A DNA stretch of 64,000 nucleotides from Amoebophrya sp. A120. Taxonomy: Eukaryota > Protista > Dinoflagellata. The notes beneath the pieces are model-generated. The model was not told where the DNA came from. It made no database searches and was given only the letters and a program-made list of their open reading frames with translations. This document shows, piece by piece, positions 51,501-62,565 of this stretch (position 1 is its first letter; every line of letters starts with the position of its first letter). Where the stretch lies: NCBI GenBank assembly GCA_905178155.1, contig CAJINV010000009.1, positions 3,280,768-3,344,767 of the forward strand. Direction: 5' to 3'. Both the position numbers and the translations under genes were made by a program.

Positions 51501-54500
51501 AGATCTGTCTAAGCGAGTAGACGGCTCTTGGTACTTAGCTAGCTACCTGTGACGCAAAAGAGATGCGGCCTCCGGAGTAGCCGCGGCCATGGATTCGGTC
51601 CTTGGCGCTCTGGCCTCAAGGTACTTGACACACAATGCCCCCACCGCGGCCTTTGTGTATGGGGCGGAGGCTCAGGGTAAGTCAGCGAAATTCTGAATGG
51701 CTCGCTTAGACGCGGCTGTCTGAAACGCGCGTGGCCTCTAGGCGTCGCTCGCCCCAGCTTTCGAAGTTCCCCAATAGAAAAATACAGATCAGGCTTAGAG
51801 CTTCGGCGTCTTTGGGTTTGTTCCGGGCCAGGCTGTACAGCTCCCCGTCTTGGCCGAATTCGCGCTGTCATTGTTCCAGACGCATTCTTGCAAAAGCCGC
51901 AAACTTGCGGAAACACAAAGCGCGGCCGGGCCCCCCCTTGAGGGGGGGGTTTGGGGGACCCCCCTTCGTGGAGATATCAATGGGGAGTAGCTCTCGGCAA
52001 AGGCCCCGAAAGGGGGGGGTTTGGGGGACCCCTTGGGGGGACCCCCGAGGACTTCGACTTGCAGCCGAGGAGGGAACTCTGCTAGCCTCCTGGCAAAACA
52101 GGCTGGGGCGAAGAACCGCACCCCGAGACCCAGGCCCGGAGGAGCGCCGCGGCCCTGGCATCACTGTCGTCAGCGCTGCCGCGTATGGATTTGAATTATT
52201 TTGAAGCTGCGCGCGGGCGCCTGTTTCTCCTGCTGGGGCGTGGGCCTGCTGTTGGCCCCAACCCGCAGCACGTCCGGCCTTGGGCTGCCCGCGTATTGCT
52301 TTCATTAAAGCGAAAGCACTGCAGGGGCTGGCCTTCCGACATCTACGCCGGCCACGCCGGACCCAAAGCCATGACGCAGTGAGCCCCGAGTGCGGTAATC
52401 TTCTTGCCGTCAGGCAAGCGAGCTCAGGATACCACTGCAGGCGCTGTTGCCACGCAGTCGATTTTTGCCGGCAAAAAGCCATCTACTTACCGCGACGGGT
52501 AAGTTATATGTGGCAAAAAAAAAGAGTTTTCAGCAAAAAGTATTTCCCATTGCCATAGAAGATATAGGCGGACGGGCGGAAACGACGGATCACTGTGAAG
52601 ATTATCCTCCTGTAGTAGAAGAGCCAGGAGAAGGAGACCTCCAAGCGGATAGTACTGGTCCAGTGAAAAATCAAGGAGATGATCATGAGGATCCCAATTG
52701 CAGCAAAGGTAAAAACACGTCGCCAGCAGGAGTTTCTTCCGCCCAAGCCGACCTCCTCGCCCAGCCGACCCCCGCGCCGGTGTTTTTTTCAGAAGAAGCC
52801 GCCGCTTGGCTGCAGAAGAATTTCGCCGTGGACGATAGTTTGTGGGTGTACGCGAGAACGTACATTTTGCTTGAGTCGGAACATAGAAATAGCAAGGAGG
52901 ACAGCGATTTGACAACATCACCGAAGGACTTTCTTGCCGAAAAAGCGTTTCTCTACCTGAAGTGCGCGGTTTTTAAGCAGCTGGTCTTACTGCAGAGAGA
53001 GATTGAAACGAGTTACGATCAGGTTTTCGCGATTGCGACTGGAACATGTGAGGAAAAAGGGGAGAAGCATGTTGAACTGGTAGCTCAACATGGGGACAGG
53101 ACGAGCAAGATCAGTACATGTACATCAACTGCAGTTCCGGGTGGAACTTCTACAACTGTCCCGGACCACCCCAAGAACACGAACACGAGCAGTGGCCGCG
53201 GGCACTCAATCTCGTTCACTCAGCTGGTCAACAAGAAGAAAATCAACATCATTTCCCAGCTGGAGACCTACAATGAACGAATCGCCCGGGCGCACACCGA
53301 GCTGCAATCCATAGAAGCGGAGATAGTCGAGAAAACCGCGGCCATCGGGGATTGCAAGGAGGAATTCGATATCCTGTGCAAAAGTATCGTATTTTTATTG
53401 CAATCATGCATTACAAATTTATTTTTTTCTTATGGTAAAGCCTACCGCATTGCAAATTCAATTTCTCATGCTGATGAAATTTGTAATGCATTTATACGAG
53501 TGCGATATTTTAATTTTTGCAATGCATATTCGAGGTCGCAGTTTGCGAGGTTTTCGGCGCGGATCAGATAGCCGCCGGCGCCGAACCCGGGAGCGCGTCC
53601 GCCGTTTCTGTGCGCAGCGCGGCCGCGGCGTCGGTGCTGTCGGCGGCGCAGGCAACGCTTTTTGTTCCAAACGGTTTTTACAGCGGTCGTGGTGGTCGTA
53701 TTGGAGGCGGTGGTGCAGCAGCGGGGCGGGGGTCTTCTGCACAGACCCCGGCACAAGTTGTGCAACATCCACACGTGGCCGCGCTGTGGACAAAAGCAGA
53801 CTCGACTCTGGAACAGGCTTGGGTGGCGGTTATGTCCCTATCAACTGCAAAAATGTCTGGGTCTGGAAGGTTGACACTTGTGATGCGCATTTCAGAGCAC
53901 AGAAAAATCTCTCATGCATAGGCAGCAAAAGTTGCCCATTTTCTGTCACCAAAGTCAGGGATTTGTCATGCGGATTCGGAACTACTGCCCAATCGTGACC
54001 ATGCCCGTAGGAACTACTTTAATACTGTCTCTACGACTTTTGACTTCATTCATAACCTTCAATTGTATTCCTACCTAACTTGTATTTTTTGTTTTTTCTC
54101 TGTACGATTGGCCAAAGCGCCACCGGGACAGCCTGCCCGTAGACCACCGATGTCATGCGGATTCGGCATTGCGAACGCTTCTCGAAACCTGTGATGCTAG
54201 AGCTTGCATGCCAGACCTTCTGTGTCATGCAAAAGCAGCATGAGTCTTCCAGACCCAGACACTTTTTCATTTGATAGTCCCTGTGCGAACGGAGTCCAGC
54301 TTGGCGGATGGCCTTCAAGGAGCAACAGAATATCGCAAGAAAGAAACTGTGTAAGTGTAAATCTGTGATGCAGAACACGCAGCAGAGTTACACCTGTCAT
54401 GCCAGACAGCCATGAAGTCCTCTTTTCATGTGTGTTTTCCCTTACCAACCATGCATGACAGGTTTTCTCTGTCATGTACGGCAAATTTGTGATGCTGTTT

Positions 54501-54555
54501 CCCAAAGAAAGTTACACTTACACACTTTTTTTCCTGGATACAGAAGGGAGAATGA
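48590..54555 (+). CDS. Large hypothetical coiled-coil protein; exons 48590-50255, 50578-51403, 52563-53369, 53534-53838, 54282-54330, 54546-54555
   Basis: ORF pieces join in frame after removing five TIR elements (KYL|KQLK, EF|EVAV, MS|LCER, QQ|KGE*). Confidence 0.75.
50256..50572. mobile_element. Introner family B, DR cctga/cgtga
   Basis: tatcgaaaggaaaaatcccccctccccatat ... atatgggcagggggagtttttccgttcaata. Confidence 0.9.
51404..52557. mobile_element. Long (1154 bp) non-autonomous TIR element, family L, DR gaaga
   Basis: ~50-bp TIR tatggcaatgggaaatacttttt... / ...aaaaagtatttcccattgccata; GC-rich interior with no recognisable transposase ORF. Confidence 0.88.
53370..53528. mobile_element. 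Introner family C, DR ttcga
   Basis: tatcctgtgcaaaagtatcg ... cgagtgcgatattttaatttttgcaatgcata; similar to the 22317 element. Confidence 0.88.
53839..54276. mobile_element. Introner family A with internal insertion, DR gtccc
   Basis: Family A TIRs; 438 bp versus 252-271 bp for the other copies. Confidence 0.9.
54331..54540. mobile_element. Introner family H (reverse orientation), DR cagaa
   Basis: Close reverse-complement copy of 42313-42521. Confidence 0.92.
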
Positions 54556-55790
54556 ACAAAGCGAGATCATAAGTACTTCGCTTAGCACGATGCGCAATTA
54601 TATCATATCTTTCTCTGTGACTGTGTCGTGCAGCTACACAATTTCTGACTATCTTGCGAAGATTCGCTCGTGGTGAGCGTCTGGAATGGATATCAACATC
54701 GATGAAAGTCAAAAGGAAAAGTCATTCTGTTTCGACTGCTAGAATGTAAATTCGTTATCGATGTTAATGTTTCCAAAAAAAGCAATCGAACCATGTGTGT
54801 GGTGCCAGTGAACCATGTGTATGGTCCAGCGAGAAGGCAAAGCCAGAAACGAATGTCAGCTCTGCTAGTATCTCCTTTCGGTCGATTTTGAACGAAGATT
54901 TCGCTATCGTGCTTCACTGGTCCTCCAAGAACAGTCTTGAGTCTTGCCAATACGAATAGCAATCAATCTTGTCGTTCTACTGCAGGAGCGTCGTCGTAGC
55001 TTCGGAAAAACATCAGAGACTTCGTGACTCGGTTTCTTTGATACCCGTGAACACAAACACTATCGGTGGATATCTTTGCGTGCGTGATGAATAAACACGA
55101 AATGCCTGCTTGATTCGGAAAGTGACAAATTCTAAAGTAGACTTCAACCCTCGGTGGGCACTGACACAACAAGAGGTTTCGGTCTTCACTCGGATTAAGT
55201 GCCCGTGATGAGCGTGCCTCTCGTTCTCAAGTTCGTATACAACGAAATAACTTGTAACTTGGTTGCTTTTATTTCCTACTTACCAGGATGGATCGAGCGT
55301 GTTTTGGCCCATCCCCACAGTTTTCAAGACCGAATCGTTCGGTCTGCAACTTCACATACAAAATAGTATTTCAAGTATTGCAATTCCAACTCTAATACCA
55401 ATCTACCACGGCATCGAAGTAACTAAGTTGTAATTAAGAAAGCAATTGAATATTTATAAATTTCCTATCAAATTCACAACGACTATAATTTTTCTTGTAA
55501 CAAGAGTCGACGGTTTCGGTCCGAGGGACGACATCGGAAAAATCCAAAATAAGTAGTCGGCTTCGAGGATAAAAACGCAAGAACGTTGGACAGCGACGTG
55601 TGGAGGTGTTTTTTGACGAAGGAAACAGGTTGGCCTTCGCCGCGACTGCTCTTGACGAAAACAATCTATCAACCGAGGCGTGCAGCAGACTGACTTACAA
55701 GCGCTGGAGGGCACCAAAAATACGCTCGCAATCGTCCCGAAGCAAGCACATCAAAAGCGTTGCGCGGCACAGCATCACCGGGAAGGGAAA

Positions 55791-56546
55791 ATGGCGCTCC
55801 GGTCTTGCAAAAAAATTTTCTGGGCCGCGGGTCCTCTGCTCAGCAACCCGGGGGGCAGCAACGTTCTGGTTGGAACCGTCGCTTTGAAATTCAAGTTGAA
55901 GAAGAAAGTCGCGGAGGCTGCAGGAGGAAACAGCGAGTTGCCTGGTGAGGCCGCCTCGCACGACGGTCCTTCGAAGGCTCGGAAAAAAATCTCGCGGTTT
56001 TCGGAAACTTGGCGCGGTGCGCGGTGGTACGATCATGCCCCGCGCTTACGAGACGACGTCGCGCATTATAGGGAACACGAAAAGTGGGCGCGAAAGTCCA
56101 AGTATGAGGAAATGGCTGCCGAATCGAAGTGGAATCATGGATCACAGGATAAGATGTTGGTGAAACAGGTTTTAGACAGCAAAGACGGGCGGGCGGGTTG
56201 GCACACAGGGGCGGAACTGCACAAATTCCGAAAGTTGTCTCGGGAAGCGGGTTTCACTGATTTGACGAAGGAGGAAAGGAAAAACCTAGCAGCGAACTTC
56301 CTAATTGTCGGGGACAAGAACGATAGATCGGGAGTAGACGCGGGGATCGCCTATATTATGGAACTCACACGTAAGAAGAGAGAGGAGAAGAAAGCCGCGG
56401 AACGAGAGAAAAGTCGCGCGGCTGCTGGTGATGTTCTAAACCCGAAGCAAGTTACTTTTCAATCGGCTCCGTATGACAAATGCAACCTGTCGTGCTACTA
56501 CTGTCATAGTCATACCCAATCCAATCCGCCGCTGTGCAAATTTTGA
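55791..56546 (+). CDS. Hypothetical basic protein with Cys/His-rich tail
   Basis: Long open frame with plausible composition, ending CNLSCYYCHSH...LCKF; no family recognised. Confidence 0.5.
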   Translation: MALRSCKKIFWAAGPLLSNPGGSNVLVGTVALKFKLKKKVAEAAGGNSELPGEAASHDGPSKARKKISRFSETWRGARWYDHAPRLRDDVAHYREHEKWARKSKYEEMAAESKWNHGSQDKMLVKQVLDSKDGRAGWHTGAELHKFRKLSREAGFTDLTKEERKNLAANFLIVGDKNDRSGVDAGIAYIMELTRKKREEKKAAEREKSRAAAGDVLNPKQVTFQSAPYDKCNLSCYYCHSHTQSNPPLCKF

Positions 56547-57835
56547 TGTTCCCTCTCGGTCTGGTTATGATACCGTGCCTATCACTACTGTATTTGCAGA
56601 CGTAATTAAAATTATATGCGTTGCATCCGGCTTCTGAAAAGAAAAGATCGAGCAATTAGTTTCATAGAATAAGAATTAGCGTTGTAGCTTGTGCTCCGGG
56701 GCAAGGGTGCATGCGTCTTTTCCTGCTTGTTCTGCGTCTGAAGAGCCATGTACGAATTCATTAAACACTGCAAAAGAGACTGCACCTCCGCAAGCGGGGC
56801 AAACGACGGGTACTGAGTATCGCACGACAGTGTTTTTCATCTGCAGCATTGGACTCCGCTGACGCCGGTGCAGCATGCCGGTGTCGCCGGACCCTCGCTA
56901 CCACTGCTCTCGGTGCCTCCACCTACGCCACCACCAGTGGCTTCAGCGGTACGAAGTAAAACGCGGCTAAGTAATTTCTCCAAGATCTGACACCTCAATA
57001 TTTCTTGTGGAGGGCGCCCGGCTGCCTCGGCCTCGGCCATGCCAACGTCGTAACTCCACCAAGATAAAGACAAGCCGGCGACTTGCTCTGCTTGTCTGTC
57101 AGGCCATGCACTTCGATTTCTTTCAATTTCCGAAAGATGAAAGGCCCATCAACTTTACTTCCGCAAGAACTGCAAAACTTTTAGACCTGCTGGCCTTAGT
57201 ATCAGCTTCGACGTACTAGTTCTCCGGCACGATAGCTGAGTACTGGCACGTTTTGTTTGCTCCAGTTCTACATGTTGGCGGAGAAGTACTTGCGCCTCAT
57301 GGCCTATTAGAAGAACTTTCCTCACCAGGTGCCCTCTACTGTTGGTCCTCTTCCTCCACAGTTGCTGGATTAGTGCAGCGACCACTTCTTGGAGGTGGAT
57401 TTCTCCCTGACAAATGACATTTGTCAGGCAGAAATCTACATTCAATGTATCAACATCAAGTAGGCATACCTGCTCCTGCAGTTGTACTCAGTGTCGTAGG
57501 AGCTCGTGTAGAGATCATGGCCTGTTGAGGAATTTCATGCAAGGTAACGCACCATGACCATGTAAAAGGTGTCGCCTAGTGTAAAAATTCTACGGGCATC
57601 TACTACTACCTGAACATGCGCCCGTTCGCGAAGCGTTAGCCAGGGCAGACCTATAGCCTCGGATGTGCAATAATTGCGGACAAGTAGAACTAGAAGCTAG
57701 CTCCACACACATGATCGCGACCCAAGCGCGGCCGCGCCGCGTCACTGAAACTGCATGAAATTGAACCAAAATCATGCCAAATCTTGGAGAGCAGGGGCGC
57801 AAGTTTCATTGTCACAGAACGCTCCGATTTGGCCT

Positions 57836-58320
57836 CAGCAGCAGTTCCACCAGCAGCAGCAGCAGCCCCAGCAGCAGCAGCAGCTCCAGCAGCAGATGCA
57901 GCTCCAGCAGCAGCAGCTCCAGCGGCAGCTCCAGCGGCAGCTCCAGCGGCAGCTCCAGCGGCAGCAGCAGCCGCAACGGTGGCCGCGTGACTCACACGTC
58001 CAGCACACGGTACAAATAAGTACATGTATATATATATTGCACGCGCACGCATTTTTCGCATGGATATTGAAGCGAAATATTTATTTTGAGTGGGCCAAGG
58101 CCATCGCATGGAAAATCGTATCTATCATCATGGCATTCGCATGCCAAGAAATCTTCTTGGAAGTCGCGGGATTCACGGCGGCGTGACTATTAACTGAAAT
58201 GTGGCATACCAAAAACAGCAACGGCAGCAGCACAACCAGCGACCGTTTCTGCGGAAGCAACACCAGCAGCAGCAGCAGCAGATCACGCATCAGCAACCGT
58301 TGCTGCACCAGCAGCAGCGC
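57836..58320 (+). repeat. CAG / 12-bp (cagctccagcgg) repeats, probably poly-Gln coding exons of an unresolved gene
   Basis: cagcagcag tracts at 57836-57970 and 58218-58320. Confidence 0.6.
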
Positions 58321-60263
58321 TATCATCATCCCCCGCTATGCATTGCAATGATGTCAGCTGGTTCCGGGAATCGCAGTGCTCGTTGTGGTGCAGGATTATT
58401 GAATTTGAAGCTGTTATTGGCATTGAGGAATCTGCGGCACTTGTATTTGCTCTACTGCAGTTTGCATTGAGCAAGTCCTAATGTATTGCACCCCTGTGCT
58501 TCTATCCACGAAGGTGGTCCGGGACTTTCACTGTCTCCTGTGGGACAGGGCTCCGAGGCTGCGCGGCAGCGCCTGGAGTGAGTTTCCGAGACAGTTTTCC
58601 TGTTGTTCATGTTCTTCTATCTGTTCTGATGTGCGGAAGATCCGCGCGCGCGCAATCACTTTGACACATGTCACCCATTACCATTCAGCTGGATTCCCTG
58701 GCAGCCCTGACATATGGTTTGCAACGCATTCTCTACTGTCAGTCATGCCAATTTTCATTATATGTGGAATGACCGAGGCGGTGGCCAAGGAGTTTGGGAG
58801 CCGCGCGTTGGGCAGCGGGCTCCGCAGGGACAGGGTGTCTGGGTGCAGGAGCCAGATGGCCTCTGCACTTGGTACAGCCACCTCCCGTACCCCCCCGCTG
58901 GGGCGCAGTGGTACCAGTGGCGCACGCGCAACAACATTCAAGTGTACAGGCGGAGTAATGGTCGCTACCAGGCAACTCACCCCCAGTGCGTGTTCAACTT
59001 CTCAAGTAAGCACTGCAAGCATGTCGTAGCCTCACACATCAAACCGCATGTAGACGATTAGAAATATTGAGCGTCTTCCCGTTACCAGTGTTTGCTACTG
59101 GGTATGTGATGAAACGTGCCCTGAGAGACACGCAGCCGCAAGGAACTTTTTATTTTCACTAGCCCCGTGCGCTTTGTCTTTGTGTTTGTATACCTACGTG
59201 TACCTACGACACTCTTGCACAGGATATTATACGGGTGGCAGGGGCAGTACCGGGAGGGCTAAGAAGTACAACCATTGAGGGGGATCAGGACAAAGGCCGT
59301 GTTTCGGTACGGTCTTCAACAGAAAAAGCTACAATGTAGTATCAGCCTCTAGCACTTTCATGCGGTTTGAAATCCAGTTATGTTTAAGTTCTCCAATTGT
59401 ACAGCACAACTTTACAAACAGACGCTCCTAGGGGACATCAAGAAGCCGGGGCAGGAACCACTGCAAATTTGCAAGTACCTCCCCGGTCCGAACATGATCA
59501 ACATCTGCATAATAAATAATGATTAGATACGGATCATTCGCGTTCCACCGTTGCTGTTTACTACTTTACATTATTTTATGGTACAGAAACACGAGCATGA
59601 CCTTGACCATGAGCAACCAAAATCGATATCAAACACACCGAGCTAGCATAGGAGATGCTCGAATCAATATTCATAAGCACTGTAACATTTCATCACCACT
59701 ATTCTGTAACATTTCATCTTTTTCGTAGCGTTTTAATCTGACATTTAATCTCATCTTTCCTAGAGCTAGAGCTTTTGTCTGCCATCCACTTCGTTGATGT
59801 GCGCCTTCATGTTGCTCGGACGAAAAACAAGAGCGCAACTATTTCAGTTTCTTACGCGATGAAGTTAACTTTTAGTCTTGCTCATCCGTAGTGGTGCTAG
59901 CAGTGTTTTCCGCACTGTTATTCCACTATGAAGGAAGACCCGGGCGGTACAGAAGTTTGTCCGCCGCTCTGTATAGGTAGGGATATGAAAAGAAGAACCA
60001 CCTACCAAAAATTTTGTCATCTGATGCCTCGACGCCGACGCGGTGCATTGTATCTGCGTTTACTCGTCGCATCTTAGCCTTGTCCTAGCTTTACGACTTC
60101 ACATAGTACTATCCATTTATCTCGAGAGACCCAACGAGACCGACTGTATTTACTGCTGACCTTTGAACAGCGACAACAAACACAACGACGAGAGAGATCG
60201 CGATTTATGTCTTAATTTTACTAGCAGAGAAATTTATCTTTCAGTTTTTCTTGGCCGTATTTT

Positions 60264-60400
60264 CATCCAGGAAGAAAAGTGTTACAGTTGAGAAGTACTT
60301 TTGTTGCGTATTGACTTCAGCAACACAAACTTGCAATGCAATGTTGACGGAGAAAACTTGCAATGCAGGAATCGAAAGGGAAAGCGCGACGGATGAACAA
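60264..60400. mobile_element. Truncated family H introner remnant
   Basis: catccaggaagaaaagtgttacagtt...gagaaaacttgcaatgc resembles the family H terminus and interior; no partner TIR found. Confidence 0.4.
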
Positions 60401-60830
60401 CCGCGGCTGCGAAGAGTAATCGCACTGATCAGAGCCGCAGAAGAAGTACTTCCTTCACTGTGCAAACCAATTTTGTCAACTCCTGGAAATGAAAGAGAAA
60501 AAAAGCATCAGAGAACAAGTGCCACCACTGCTTCAGCAGCGGCGTTTTGCTTGGTGGTCCTGCTACAAAGTGCCTATAGCTTGTGCAGCTCTTTTTATGC
60601 GCTTTATTCCGATGTTCTACTTCTAGTCGCGTCACCAGGACGTCGAGATGTTGTCTTCTAATATGATCTACTGCCCCCGACCGCAGAAGTGGTCGTGGAG
60701 AGCGAAAGATCATCAGCTGGTCGACGGTCGTTCATGATGATACCTGGCAAAATGTACCACCTGACCCGCCGCTGAGTCGTCGCCAACGCCGATTCGCGGG
60801 AATATAAATGGGAAGCCAGCACTGAGCCCC

Positions 60831-61340
60831 ATGTCAACCGCTCCAAACCCTTCGAACGAAGAGAAGCCCGCACTATTAAAGTTAAAGCAGGAATACTGTG
60901 GCACTTTGAACTACCTTGCCACTAGCACGCGCCTTGACATCGTAGTAGCATTAAAATTCTGTGCAAAAGCAAAAGTGAACGAAGAAACGCTGACCGCGTT
61001 GAAGCGTATCTTTCGTTACTTGCGTACGCGCCGCGTTCTTGTCTACAGGAACAAGCAAGAAATCTTGAAAGGCAAGCTCACTCTTAGCGTGTGGACCGAT
61101 AGCGACTTTGGTGCGCAGCCTGGTCGTCAGTCAATTTCGGGCACTGTCGTAAATGTCTGTGGTTGTCCGATCTATTGGCGCGCGCTCACGCAGTCCACGA
61201 TCGCGACAAGTGTGACCGAAGCAGAAATTTGCTCTATGACCGATGGGGCTAAGACTGTGCTTAGATTCTATTACGTGATGAACACATTGCGCGGCTGGCT
61301 TGAGAATTATTTTGCTATATCCACCATTCTATTGGACTAG
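60831..61340 (+). mobile_element. Ty1/copia LTR-retrotransposon fragment (RT C-terminus + RNase H)
   Basis: GTLNYLATSTRLDI, LKRIFRYL, WTDSDFG, SISG and PIYWRALTQSTIATSVTEAE are copia hallmarks. Confidence 0.88.
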
Positions 61341-61764
61341 GAGCCGGGGAGGTTATTGCGCGGTAATCGTCTAGTGCTCCAAGATCCAATGTGAATGATC
61401 CAAGTATACGATGACACAGGATGGAAATCAGATGAGTGATCATGTGCATAAGATTACACCTAATCGTATGATGCACACAGAGACAGTATAAGAAACTGTA
61501 TGAGAAGCTAAGTGGTTTGTAATGCATGTGATGCAACACAACCCTACAGAGACCAGCCTTAATGGCTAAAGAATAAGAAAAGAAATTTCCGTGACACACA
61601 AGCAAAGCTACCCACGCAAGGTACCAAATAGGCATTACAGATTGTTCTACTTGGATCGTTTCTTGTTTGGGTCTTGGTCTTCGCACGTTCACATGGAGAG
61701 CGAAAGATCATCAGCTGGTCGACGGTCGTTTCTTTTCGTTCTGGCTTCGACAAACAGGAACAGA

Positions 61765-62039
61765 GATGCTGGATTTGTGTACACAAATCAAGTCTGTCTT
61801 GCAGTAGAGGACTGCAAGCCCATACTAAGCCTAAGTAGAAGGGTTTTGCCATAGGCGCGGAGCATGGCAAATGTATACTCTGCAGGCCCCATAGCATCAG
61901 AAACCGCCTGCATAATGCGGCGGAGTCGCTGGATTGGCCTTCTTGCAATACAGAGACGATTTGTGTCCACAAATCAGCATCACAAATTTTCAGAAGTGTC
62001 CCTTTTTGGTATGGGGAGGGGGGATTTTTCCTTTCGATA
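61765..62039. mobile_element. Family B introner lacking its left TIR
   Basis: Right TIR atggggaggggggatttttcctttcgata is intact; the interior matches the 50256 element. Confidence 0.8.
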
Positions 62040-62294
62040 TTCCAAGCTCCCCATCGAACCCCGCATGGCCTACGCGGTGCTCCTCTCTTCCCTCCTCGGC
62101 GTCGCGCAGCCCATGTGTCTGATCGCCGCTGCCTCCTGTTACCAGGACCCGGTGCGGTCCGACTCCCCGTTGAAGCAACAATACGTCCAGAACCCGTGCT
62201 ACTCCGACCAGATTTTGATGCTGAAAATCCTCTACCAGTTGTTCGACACCCAGAAGCATTTAAACCCATCCTACTGTCGTGACAACGGCGTGAA
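62040..62294 (+). pseudogene. Isolated exon of a DEAH-box RNA helicase (HA2 domain), probably a gene fragment
   Basis: SKLPIEPRMAYAVLLSSLLGVAQPMCLIAAA...DP...SDQILML...YCRDNGVN; no other helicase exons seen nearby. Confidence 0.65.
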
Positions 62295-62565
62295 TATGCA
62301 ATGCAAATATCGATCTGGGTCTGGAAAGGTTGAACTACCTGTATTGCGTGTTTCGCACCATATCTGAAAAATCTGTATTGCATAAGCAGCAAGGAATAAA
62401 GCGCCACACCTTCGTCACGCAAAAGCGCAGTTTGTAATGTGTTCTGCGTACTATGAAAAAGCGTTTGAAAAATTTGTCATGCTGCACTGCACTGAAAGGC
62501 ACAGTCAATCAGGACAATTCAGCATTACAAGTTCTTTCCAGACCCAGACATATTTTCGATGCATA
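62295..62565. mobile_element. Introner family A, DR gtgaa
   Basis: tatgcaatgcaaatatcgatctgggtctggaa ... ttccagacccagacatattttcgatgcata. Confidence 0.85.

Noticed and set aside
50514-51923. 24-bp similarity between the family B interior (~50515) and the long element (~51899)
   Set aside because: About 19/24 identity with no extension; too short to claim homology.
51539-52558. Transposase ORFs inside the long TIR element
   Set aside because: The overlapping ORFs are Pro/Gly/Arg-rich products of high GC, with no visible DDE, HTH or zinc-finger motif.
12410-54555. Alternative genetic code, readthrough or frameshifting to explain the fragmented ORFs
   Set aside because: The breaks coincide with TIR elements or GT-AG introns, and the standard code gives coherent proteins.
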